45,650 nt of DNA. It comes from a virus. Positions 1 through 8,363 of the stretch are shown here, piece after piece; the first letter of the stretch is position 1; every line of letters begins with the position of its first letter. The stretch lies in the UHGV virus genome UHGV-0038856; one strand, given 5' to 3'. Both the position numbers and the translations under genes were made by a program. The notes beneath the pieces are model-generated. The model had not been told where the DNA came from. It searched no databases and was given only the letters and a program-made list of their open reading frames with translations.

Positions 1-15
1 TATATTTTTATTGAT

Positions 16-44
16 ATTGTATTACAATTCTTCTTTTCTGTCAA
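16..44 (-). promoter_or_regulatory. Sigma70-type promoter TTGACA-N17-TACAAT, likely driving the AAA/SSB/primase/helicase operon across the junction
   Basis: Plus strand has tgtcaa at 39-44 and attgta at 16-21, with a 17-nt spacer. Confidence 0.7.
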
Positions 45-1596
45 CAAAAGATTTTGGAACATTTCTAAAGATTTTAAATGGTGGTTTTTTATCAATAGAG
101 AAGTTATTTTCATCCTCACTATTAATTGCTGCATATACTATAATTTTATTTCTATAACCAACCTTTTCACATACCAAATCATAACCTTTATTATTAAGGA
201 TTTGTTCAACATCTTCAAGTTGACTCTTTAAGAATTTAACAGGCGTTTCACCTTTGTTATTATAACTAAGAATTTCATTATTATGTGCTAATTCTGTTTG
301 TTTTATAGCACAATCACTATCAAGTAATACTTCTACAATCTTATCCGCACATCCCATAACTCGATTGTTTAAATATCTTTTCAAATGATGGCTATAAAAT
401 TCGACAATCTTAATTGCATTAAGCAAATAATCAGGTGTGATTGTTGTTCCTTCTCTACTGCAGTAGAGAAGAAGTATTCCACTTATTTTTAATGCCTTCC
501 ACGCACGACCTTCCATCTCTACCTTTAAAATCTCATTACTTATTTGATCTTTTAAATTCGAACAGTATAACTTATATACACGATAAATAAAATACGTCTC
601 ATCGTCGACTATAATATTTGTCTCATTATTATTTTTCATAGTAATAAATTTATTAAGAGTGGCGTGGATTTGTTTTTTTAAAACGTCTACTTGTTTATCT
701 TCTTTATATTTTGTTAGCTCATGCCATTGTCTTAATGAAATGTTATCATTTTCAGCATTTCTCTTATCTAAAATATCAACTTCTTGTTTGCATGGCATTG
801 CAAATAAAGATCTTCTTGCATTACCTGAAATTAAATAATTATTAAAAGCTCTTGAAACTTTTGGATTTTCTTGTAGTGTTTTTTCAGTAGTAGAAGCTAA
901 GAAGCTTACGCCAAAACTATCTATACTATCTTTAATACTATCACTTATTGTTTTAGCCCCAGCATTACCTAAGTCATACAGATTCTTTAATGTACTTAGA
1001 AAATCTTTATCAAAATTCGTTGCATTCTCTAATGTATCAGCAAATTCTTCTAAATTGAAAAATGCACTACCAATTTTATTTTCTATATGCAAGTTTTTCA
1101 TACAATCGTTAGACAATTTATTCATACTTCTCAAACCCGCCGTAGTTGCGCTATCTTGTAATTCTGCATGAGATATAATTTTTAATTTACTACCTTCTTC
1201 TATATCTTCTTGTTCTGCATCATCACCAACTATATAGTTGTCTATATATTTATCTTGTATAAATTTGAAATTTAATAATGCATTCATTGTATTTGTTGTC
1301 AAACCTTTACCACCACCTGATTTTAAAATATTCATGCCATAGACATTCATTGGTATAGATGGCTTATTAGCTTCTTGATATAGAAAGATATTAAATTTAA
1401 ACCAATTAAGAGGTCTGCTTAAATGACATAATATAACCAACAATGCAGAACTAAAACAAATATTATTCTTGATAGGAAGAATATTTCTCTCATAAATATC
1501 ATGAAATAATTTATAAGTTATTAACTCACTCTGTTCTTCTTCTATTAAATATCCGTTCAATATTTGTTTAGCTTCTTCTACTTGTTTTAAATTCAT
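22..1596 (-). CDS. Replication helicase/ATPase, DUF3987/YfjI-like (P-loop SGGGKG, Walker-B-like LEEF)
   Basis: Motifs KSGGGKG, FNLEEF and LKNLYD. Start moved from 1614 to ATG 1596 because of the GAGGTG RBS at 1601-1606. Confidence 0.6.
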   Translation of the reverse strand: MNLKQVEEAKQILNGYLIEEEQSELITYKLFHDIYERNILPIKNNICFSSALLVILCHLSRPLNWFKFNIFLYQEANKPSIPMNVYGMNILKSGGGKGLTTNTMNALLNFKFIQDKYIDNYIVGDDAEQEDIEEGSKLKIISHAELQDSATTAGLRSMNKLSNDCMKNLHIENKIGSAFFNLEEFADTLENATNFDKDFLSTLKNLYDLGNAGAKTISDSIKDSIDSFGVSFLASTTEKTLQENPKVSRAFNNYLISGNARRSLFAMPCKQEVDILDKRNAENDNISLRQWHELTKYKEDKQVDVLKKQIHATLNKFITMKNNNETNIIVDDETYFIYRVYKLYCSNLKDQISNEILKVEMEGRAWKALKISGILLLYCSREGTTITPDYLLNAIKIVEFYSHHLKRYLNNRVMGCADKIVEVLLDSDCAIKQTELAHNNEILSYNNKGETPVKFLKSQLEDVEQILNNKGYDLVCEKVGYRNKIIVYAAINSEDENNFSIDKKPPFKIFRNVPKSFVDRKEEL

Positions 1597-1770
1597 CGTA
1601 CACCTCACAGCCATCCAAAACTCGACTAAAAGATGAGATGGCTGCTTTGTTATACAATAATAATTATTAACTATTATTGTATAAATTTATGTATAAACTT
1701 TTTCTTTGTCGAGTTTTGTAAAAATATAATACAATACTTTAACAAATGTTACAACTCTTAAAATTTATCA

Positions 1771-1799
1771 ATAAAAAAAGTCGAGATTTTAATCTCGAC
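1771..1799 (-). terminator. Intrinsic terminator (gtcgagatt/aatctcgac stem, U-tract on minus strand)
   Basis: 9-bp perfect stem 1780-1788/1791-1799 preceded by an A7 run on plus. Confidence 0.6.
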
Positions 1800-1894
1800 A
1801 GATTTTAATATGAACAGAAATAGTTATTTTATATTTTTATATTAAAGCATAATTGGTATTTTTTCAACTTACTATTACTATTTATCATTCGTTA

Positions 1895-2210
1895 AATTTG
1901 CATATATTTAATCATTTTAAAAACTTTTAATAATTTAAAATTATTAAATCGTATTCAAACTTACTAATACTGCAAAAAAAATTGTATTACTTTTAATAAT
2001 TTAATAATATATTTATATATATATTTATATTTATATATATTATATATATTATAGGAGTATATATATGTATGTGAGTGTGTGAGATTAGACCCAAAAATTA
2101 TTAAATTATTAAAATTATTAAAATTTCTTTGCAATATAAGTAGAGTTAAATCGTTTTAATAATTTTAAATTATTAAAAAACGATTAAACGATTAAATATA
2201 TGCAAAAATT
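1895..2210. repeat. Large imperfect inverted repeat around a (TA)n core with AATTATTAAA-type iterons; candidate replication origin
   Basis: tttgcatatatttaatc (1897-1913) pairs with gattaaatatatgcaaa (2190-2206), with further paired blocks inward. The region is extremely AT-rich, non-coding and upstream of the helicase gene. Confidence 0.6.
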
Positions 2211-2350
2211 ATTAAAATCGTTAAAATGTACTAATTTTTATTAGTATATTTATAGCAAAAAGCTATAAAAATGATAATAGAATTACAATTTTTAATATAT
2301 TTAATAGTTTTATTAATGATTTTAGTAATTTAAAAATTTTAAATAATTTT

Positions 2351-2388
2351 AAAAAAAAAGAAAACTGATTAAAATTATTAATCAGTTT
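2351..2388 (-). terminator. Probable intrinsic terminator (aaactgattaa/ttaatcagttt)
   Basis: 11-bp stem 2362-2372/2378-2388 preceded by an A-run on plus, downstream of gene 2471..2764. Confidence 0.5.
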
Positions 2389-2470
2389 GGAAAAAATATG
2401 GATCTTAACACAAATTCATATAAAAAATAATTTATCGATATTATTTTTATTATAACACCAAATATTTAAT

Positions 2471-2764
2471 CTATTGCAATACTAAATATTTAATACTATT
2501 AACACGTTCACAATAACCAATCTTAATTAATTGTTTAGTGAAACTTGTAAATCTGTTTGAATATGTAAAAAATGACCAACCATTATCTACGCCTGTTTGT
2601 TCGTATAGTTTTAAAAATTGATTAAATAGATTTCTTTTTCTTAATCTTTCTTCTAATGCTCTTTTAGTAAGAATTTCACCACTTTTGAATAGTTTGTTTT
2701 TGATGATAAATTGTACCATTGCATTCCATTTTTTGCTAACTTTAATGTTTTTAACTTCTGTCAT
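2471..2764 (-). CDS. Hypothetical basic protein, possibly winged-helix DNA-binding
   Basis: ORF with AGGAG RBS before ATG 2764; K/R-rich, ending in a helix-then-beta-hairpin-like segment (LIKIGYCERVNSIKYLV). Confidence 0.6.
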   Translation of the reverse strand: MTEVKNIKVSKKWNAMVQFIIKNKLFKSGEILTKRALEERLRKRNLFNQFLKLYEQTGVDNGWSFFTYSNRFTSFTKQLIKIGYCERVNSIKYLVLQ

Positions 2765-2804
2765 ATTTTTTCTCCTTCTATTGGTTAATTGAAACCAATT
2801 ATTA

Positions 2805-2853
2805 TTATTTCTGTCCACAATTATATTATCGTCTATTTAATTATAAAAGTCAA
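2805..2853 (-). promoter_or_regulatory. Early promoter TTGACT-N17-GATAAT with downstream GTGGACAGAAATAA element
   Basis: agtcaa at 2848-2853 and attatc at 2825-2830; homologous to the sites at 3626-3675 and 36101-36149. Confidence 0.7.
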
Positions 2854-2874
2854 CTGTTTTTATAGATAAAATTT

Positions 2875-2935
2875 AATAAAAAAAAGTGCCAACTGAACAG
2901 TCGATATGGATGTTGGGAAGTAACTTAGTTGGCAC
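2875..2935 (-). terminator. Terminator-like stem (gtgccaact/agttggcac) with large loop and U-tract
   Basis: Stem 2886-2894/2927-2935 with an A-run at 2878-2885, directly after gene 2961..3488. Confidence 0.45.
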
Positions 2936-2960
2936 ATTATATCTATCAGTGTTTTAGAAT

Positions 2961-3488
2961 TTATATATCTATTTTTAATCGACAATTTGCAAGCCACATA
3001 TTGAATGTAGGTATTATTGCTTCTTTTGTTCTAATGTCTTGATTATAAAGAATATGTTTTAATGCTCTATTTATATGACATTTTCTAAAAAATCTATAAG
3101 CACCACTTGACATTTGTTTTACTACTATACATTCTTTTGATTTGCTTAATCTACATTTCATTATAACATTATAATTGCTATCTCTTAATTCTAACACTTC
3201 ATTTTTAGTATCGAATCTAGCATCCCATAATGGTTTAGTATTGCGATCGTATTTTTTGTAATACCGTTTATAAACACCTTCGTACGTTTTTTTAGGAATT
3301 TCTTCTTGAATTTGTTCTGTTAGTTGCTCCGAACTTTTATTATTATTATCTAATAATCTGTAGTATCTTTTGAAAGTTGAAGGCTTGATAATTTTCACTT
3401 TACCATTCTCAACTAACATTAATCCTTCTTCATTTTCACCTTCTATTGTAAATGTTCTACCATTGTTAATATTAACACAATATTTCAT
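2961..3488 (-). CDS. Hypothetical protein
   Basis: 175-aa ORF with AAGGAG RBS. Confidence 0.7.
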   Translation of the reverse strand: MKYCVNINNGRTFTIEGENEEGLMLVENGKVKIIKPSTFKRYYRLLDNNNKSSEQLTEQIQEEIPKKTYEGVYKRYYKKYDRNTKPLWDARFDTKNEVLELRDSNYNVIMKCRLSKSKECIVVKQMSSGAYRFFRKCHINRALKHILYNQDIRTKEAIIPTFNMWLANCRLKIDI

Positions 3489-3529
3489 TCTTATCTCCTT
3501 AATTCAAATAACTAACTAACAACTAAGTA

Positions 3530-3610
3530 TTATAAACATATAATTAGTAGAGCAATAAATAAATAAACTACTCCTAATGTAAGTAAATCGATAAATAAAT
3601 TTTTAACCAT
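3530..3610 (-). CDS. 26-aa hydrophobic membrane peptide (MVKNLFIDLLTLGVVYLFIALLIICL), not in ORF track
   Basis: Hand translation; GGAGG RBS at 3616-3620; first ORF after promoter 3626-3675. Confidence 0.6.
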   Translation of the reverse strand: MVKNLFIDLLTLGVVYLFIALLIICL

Positions 3611-3625
3611 TTCTGCCTCCAATTT

Positions 3626-3675
3626 TTATTTTCTGTTCACTCTAATATTGTATTACAATTTCGATATTAAGTCAA
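3626..3675 (-). promoter_or_regulatory. Early promoter TTGACT-N17-TACAAT with downstream GTGAACAGAAAATAA element
   Basis: agtcaa at 3670-3675 and attgta at 3647-3652. Confidence 0.7.
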
Positions 3676-3684
3676 CTGTTTTAG

Positions 3685-3713
3685 TTGAAAGTTAATACAA
3701 AGGGTAGTACAAT
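3685..3713 (+). promoter_or_regulatory. Divergent promoter TTGAAA-N17-TACAAT at the start of the plus-strand arm
   Basis: ttgaaa at 3685-3690 and tacaat at 3708-3713; ATG 3720 follows after 6 nt with no RBS. Confidence 0.6.
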
Positions 3714-3719
3714 ATTTAT

Positions 3720-4037
3720 ATGAGAAGCAGTAAAAAAGACGGAAGTAATTTTAAAGAATATATACTAAGTAAACAACTAAGATTACTTCACTATATATAT
3801 GAGCAGCTTTATTCTTTCCTTCAGTATAGTAAGGATAGTATAGAAAAATTTGCGCTATACGAGCAAGATGAGTATGATAGCGGAAGTGCTGAATATCTAG
3901 GTACGCAATTATTATCTATAAAAGATAGATTAAGGATACACTCGAAACTATACAAACAGCTCAAACCTTCTACTGTTATTTTATTAAAGAATGGGCAGCA
4001 TTCTATATTTGAAAGTTTGTTAGGAGAATCTGTATAA
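3720..4037 (+). CDS. Hypothetical protein preceding terminase
   Basis: 105-aa ORF whose stop overlaps the terS start (TAATG). Confidence 0.65.
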   Translation: MRSSKKDGSNFKEYILSKQLRLLHYIYEQLYSFLQYSKDSIEKFALYEQDEYDSGSAEYLGTQLLSIKDRLRIHSKLYKQLKPSTVILLKNGQHSIFESLLGESV

Positions 4038-4525
4038 TGGGAATGAATGCACGAAGAAAAATATTTTGTGAACAATATATTATCGATAGAGATCAACAAA
4101 GAGCTGTACAACGAGCAGGATATAGCGTGAAGAATGCATCAACATTTGGTAATGCTTTATTGAAAGATCCTGAAGTACAGGCATATATTGCTAAACTTGA
4201 TGATGAAATTCGGAAAAGAAATAATATTACGAAAGATTCGTTAATTAGGGATATTTGCGAGATTCGTGATAGATGTATGCAGAGAGTTCCTGTAATGAAA
4301 TTTGATAGAATGGAGAAAGAGTTTGTACAAGTTACCAATGAAGATGGAGAAGGTGTTTGGACGTTTGATGCTAAAAATGCACTTGCTGCTTGTGATATGT
4401 TGGCTAAGCATGTTGGATTTTACGAAGCTGATAAGGGCCCTGCTGCTAATAATCATATTAATGTTCTTGCTATTCCTTCTGTTGATGATATCTTAAAGAT
4501 TAAGAGAATGTTGGATGAAGCATAA
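4037..4525 (+). CDS. terS: Terminase small subunit
   Basis: N-terminal FCEQY..D...AV.RAGYS...A...G..LL..P.V HTH pattern and a DxxxAL..LAKH.G motif. Confidence 0.88.
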   Translation: MGMNARRKIFCEQYIIDRDQQRAVQRAGYSVKNASTFGNALLKDPEVQAYIAKLDDEIRKRNNITKDSLIRDICEIRDRCMQRVPVMKFDRMEKEFVQVTNEDGEGVWTFDAKNALAACDMLAKHVGFYEADKGPAANNHINVLAIPSVDDILKIKRMLDEA

Positions 4526-5969
4526 TGTTTATAGAAATAATTTGATGAATATTGTTACAACAAACAAAATAGTATGTGCACTGCTTTGTAGAACATCATT
4601 TAAGTATTTTATTCAAATATTTCATTTTTATTTATTTAGACAAAACTTTATATTTAGGCCGTTTCATTTAGATATTATTAAGAATTTAGAAGATATAGTA
4701 TTTGGGAAGAATGAAAAAAGAAATCTTCTTATTAATATGCCACCTAGAATGGGCAAGTCGCAGATCATGCAATATTTCGTCGCATGGTCGTATACTATTA
4801 ATAAGCAATGTAATTTTATCCTAACAAGTTACGGTGATGATCTGGTTTTAAAATTTTCCGATTTTGTTAAATCCATTATCTCTAGTGACTTGTATAAAGA
4901 TATGTTTGACCTTGATATTGACGCAAAAAGTAGAGCAAAAGCTTTTTGGAAGGTTAGTGAAGGTGGTGAATTGAGAGCTACTTCAATGGGTGGTACAATT
5001 ACTGGTTTTGGTGCAGGTACAATGCAAGATGGTTGGGGTGGTGCAATGATAATTGACGACCCGTTAAAGGCTAACGATTACAAGTCAGAAACAGCTCTAA
5101 AAAATTGTGAAGATTTCTATGTTAATACTTTAAAATCAAGACTTAATAACCCTTCAACACCAATTATTTTGATTATGCAAAGGTTGCACGTTGATGATTT
5201 AACTGGTTATGTTTTAAACAATGAAGAAGAAGAGTGGAAACACGTTAAATATCAAGGTTTGGACGAAGAAAACGAAGAAGCATTATGGCCTGATAAAGTG
5301 CCTGTTGACAAGTTATTGTATTGGAAAAAGACTTTACCATTCTTTTACTACTCACAATATCAACAAGAACCAATCATATTAGGTGGTGCTGTTATTAAAA
5401 GAGAATGGTTTAAGTTTTATTCCTCTACTGAAAATTACATTTATAATAGAATATTCATTGCTGGTGATACAGCGATGAAAATTAAAGAATATAACGATTA
5501 TAGTGTGTTTGGAGTATTCGGAGTTACAAATCTTGGTAAATTGCATATATTAGACCTGATTCGTGGAAAGTGGGAATCACCTACATTAAGACAGCAGCTT
5601 ATTAGTTTGTGGAATAAATGGGTTAATCAAATACCCGAATGTCCGTGTAGTGCAGTTTATGTAGAAGATAAATCATCAGGAACAGGTTTAATTCAAGACT
5701 TGCAGGCTATGACTGGTATTCCGATTTTAGGATTGAAAGCTGATAAAGATAAACTAATTCGTGCCGAATTAGCTTTACCATATATTGAAAGTGGTAATGT
5801 ACTTCTACCTGATAATGAAAGCTATGCATTTAATCCCACTATATTGTCAGAATGTGAAGCATTTACTCGCGATGATAGTCATAAACATGATGATGTTGTT
5901 GATGTAATTAGTTATGGTATTCAAGAAGGTTTATCAAAATTAATTATAAGTGGTTTTGATGTAGTATAA
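4515..5969 (+). CDS. terL: Terminase large subunit
   Basis: INMPPRMGKS Walker A, IIDDP Walker B, YQQEP, and nuclease motifs DTA/DYS/VEDK/HDDVVD. Confidence 0.95.
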   Translation: MKHNVYRNNLMNIVTTNKIVCALLCRTSFKYFIQIFHFYLFRQNFIFRPFHLDIIKNLEDIVFGKNEKRNLLINMPPRMGKSQIMQYFVAWSYTINKQCNFILTSYGDDLVLKFSDFVKSIISSDLYKDMFDLDIDAKSRAKAFWKVSEGGELRATSMGGTITGFGAGTMQDGWGGAMIIDDPLKANDYKSETALKNCEDFYVNTLKSRLNNPSTPIILIMQRLHVDDLTGYVLNNEEEEWKHVKYQGLDEENEEALWPDKVPVDKLLYWKKTLPFFYYSQYQQEPIILGGAVIKREWFKFYSSTENYIYNRIFIAGDTAMKIKEYNDYSVFGVFGVTNLGKLHILDLIRGKWESPTLRQQLISLWNKWVNQIPECPCSAVYVEDKSSGTGLIQDLQAMTGIPILGLKADKDKLIRAELALPYIESGNVLLPDNESYAFNPTILSECEAFTRDDSHKHDDVVDVISYGIQEGLSKLIISGFDVV

Positions 5970-5988
5970 TATTTTTAGGTAGGTATTT

Positions 5989-7383
5989 ATGGCTAAAAAT
6001 AGAATTTTAAAAGATAGAGTAGAAAAAGTAGAGAAGCTAAATAGTTTAACTGAGTTAGCTCTTGGTGTAATAAGTGATAAAACAGCTCAATTAAGTCAAC
6101 AAGATACAGTTGATTATAACTTGCGTAGATATATGCTAACGAATGATAGAGCATTGTTATCAAGTTTGTATTGCGAAATTGGTATTGCTCAAACATTAGT
6201 TTGCCAACCAGTTGATGATGCTTTTAGACAGTTTCCTGATATTAAGAGTGATGAACTTGATGAAGAGAATATAAAAGAAATAAAGCAATTCTTTAAAGAA
6301 AATAGATGGATGCAAATATTTAAGCAGGGTATTAAATGGTCACGTCTATTTGGTGGAGGAGGTCTATTTCTTAATATCCCTCAAAACCCTGCAAGTGAAT
6401 TGCGTTTAGATAGATTAAAGAAAGGTGATAAAGTATCCCTTTATGCAGTAGATAGATGGGAGTTAAATTATCAAGTCAATGCTGCAGTTAATGTTGATAA
6501 TCTGGATATCAATAAGCCTACTAATGATGTTCCTTACAATCTATATGGTCAACCAGTTCATAAGTCACGCGTAATGCGAATGGTTGGCAAAGAAGCTCCT
6601 AGTTTGAATAGATTGCAACTTGGTGGTTGGGGTATGTCAGAGATTGAAAGATTGATTCGATCTCTTAATTCATTCTTAAAGAATCAAGATGTAATTTTCG
6701 AACTGTTAGATGAAGCTAAGGTTGATGTTTATAAAATGAAGGGATTTAACGTAGCAGCAGCTTCTAAGCATGGTACTGAGCAGATTAGGAAAAGAGTCGC
6801 CATTTCGAACAAATTAAAAAATTATTTGAATGCATTGTTGTTAGATTCTGAAGATGATCACGAACAAAAGTCAATGAATTTTGCAGGGTTGTCAGAAATG
6901 TTAATACAAAATAGACAATCGTTAGCATCCGACTTGAAAATGCCAGTAACAAAATTGTTTGGCATTTCTTCTAGTGGATTTAATAGTGGTGAAGATGATA
7001 TTGAAAATTATAATTCGATGCTAAAAAGTGAAGTCAGAGCTGATAATGAAGGGTATTTTGTAACATTAGTTAAAGTTGCAAGTGCGATTTTATTTGGTTT
7101 TATACCAAAATCAATAGAAGTTGATTTTGGTGAGTTGAGAGAACTTTCACAAGAACAAGTTGAGAATGTTAAAGAAAAGCAATATAATCGTTTGGTTCAA
7201 GCATACAACTTAGGTATTATTGATGAAGAACAATTTGTTGAAGCTTGTAATTCGAAAAGATTATTACCTATTACTATTTCTAATGTTTTACCTCTTAATA
7301 ATAGAGATAATAAGCAAGATATGAATAATGACGAACAAAAGGTTAATAGTAAGAATGGTTGGTTATCGTTATTTAAGAGGTAA
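5989..7383 (+). CDS. Portal protein (DUF1073-like)
   Basis: Follows terL; motifs SRLFGGG, VHKSR, GWGMS and PVTKLFG.S.SGFNSGEDD.ENY. Confidence 0.88.
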   Translation: MAKNRILKDRVEKVEKLNSLTELALGVISDKTAQLSQQDTVDYNLRRYMLTNDRALLSSLYCEIGIAQTLVCQPVDDAFRQFPDIKSDELDEENIKEIKQFFKENRWMQIFKQGIKWSRLFGGGGLFLNIPQNPASELRLDRLKKGDKVSLYAVDRWELNYQVNAAVNVDNLDINKPTNDVPYNLYGQPVHKSRVMRMVGKEAPSLNRLQLGGWGMSEIERLIRSLNSFLKNQDVIFELLDEAKVDVYKMKGFNVAAASKHGTEQIRKRVAISNKLKNYLNALLLDSEDDHEQKSMNFAGLSEMLIQNRQSLASDLKMPVTKLFGISSSGFNSGEDDIENYNSMLKSEVRADNEGYFVTLVKVASAILFGFIPKSIEVDFGELRELSQEQVENVKEKQYNRLVQAYNLGIIDEEQFVEACNSKRLLPITISNVLPLNNRDNKQDMNNDEQKVNSKNGWLSLFKR

Positions 7384-7388
7384 TCGTT

Positions 7389-8342
7389 GTGTATTTGCAA
7401 CCTATAATCGATAAATATAAATATTGGAGAGGAATCTCGAAATACATTATTGCTGCTTGGAAGAATGAATTTTGGGATTATTTGTTTGAGTTGATACAAC
7501 CAATCAAACAATATTATAATGATGTTGATATTGTGTTAGCTGCTCTTAGAGAGCAGCGAATACAATATGTGGGTGATAGATTTGTTGGTAAGTTTAATGC
7601 TCAAATTAGCAAAGAGTTGACTAGTTTGGGTGCTAAGTTTGATAAGAGATCGAAAAGCTATATTATAGAAAAGTTTAAACTTCCTTCTAATGTGCAACAT
7701 GCAATAAGTATGGCATCTTTTTTCGCAAGTCAATTAAGAGATAAAATTATACAATTTGTTGATAATTTTGATAGTGTCAAGTTTGTTGATAATTTGCAAG
7801 ACGTATTAGACATTCCTCTTGATGAAATATTAGAAGATCTTGATAGTCAGAGAGTTAGGACAATAGAAGATGCTATCAAAATAAAAGTGCATTTCTCTAC
7901 TGCTGAAAAAGAAGTTTTAAAAAAGAAATATACAGAAGACGTTAGTAAGTCAATTAAGAAATTTACAGATAATCAATTGGTTGTTGTTAGACAATTAGTA
8001 CAAAAGAATTTATTTGAAGGATTAGATAATAAAACATTACTTAATATGTTAACAAGAGCTTTTGAAGGTGATGTTAATAAGGCAAAATTTATAGCACGTC
8101 AAGAAACAGGTTTATTGGTTTCTGCTTATAGACAAATCACTTACAATAGAGTAGGCATTACGCAATATAGATGGTCAACTTCGCACGATGAAAGAGTACG
8201 TCAAACACATAGAGAGTTGGATGGTAATATTTATTCTTTTGATAATCCACCTGTAACGAATGAAAAAGGTGATAAAAACAACCCAGGCGAAGATTGGCAG
8301 TGCAGGTGTACGCCTATTCCTATTTTCGATTCTAGTGTATAA
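7389..8342 (+). CDS. Head morphogenesis protein (MuF / SPP1 gp7-like)
   Basis: AKFIARQET, YRWSTSHDERVR.TH..LDG and PGEDWQCRC. Confidence 0.92.
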   Translation: MYLQPIIDKYKYWRGISKYIIAAWKNEFWDYLFELIQPIKQYYNDVDIVLAALREQRIQYVGDRFVGKFNAQISKELTSLGAKFDKRSKSYIIEKFKLPSNVQHAISMASFFASQLRDKIIQFVDNFDSVKFVDNLQDVLDIPLDEILEDLDSQRVRTIEDAIKIKVHFSTAEKEVLKKKYTEDVSKSIKKFTDNQLVVVRQLVQKNLFEGLDNKTLLNMLTRAFEGDVNKAKFIARQETGLLVSAYRQITYNRVGITQYRWSTSHDERVRQTHRELDGNIYSFDNPPVTNEKGDKNNPGEDWQCRCTPIPIFDSSV

Positions 8343-8345
8343 TAA
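8333..8345 (+). promoter_or_regulatory. Putative late promoter TAGTGTATAATAA (-10 only)
   Basis: Identical 13-mer at 13909-13921; both are followed by an A-run and AAGGA RBS. Confidence 0.55.
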
Positions 8346-8363
8346 TAAAAAAAAGGAATACAA

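Noticed and set aside
1860..2350. CRISPR array or mini-array
   Set aside because: The repeats are short, degenerate, AT-only and inverted, with no regular repeat-spacer periodicity.
4515..5969. Intein, intron or homing endonuclease in terminase or helicases
   Set aside because: Protein lengths are ordinary and no HNH, LAGLIDADG or intein motifs were seen.
7389..8342. MuF polymorphic toxin
   Set aside because: The protein ends a few residues after the CRC motif, with no C-terminal toxin extension.
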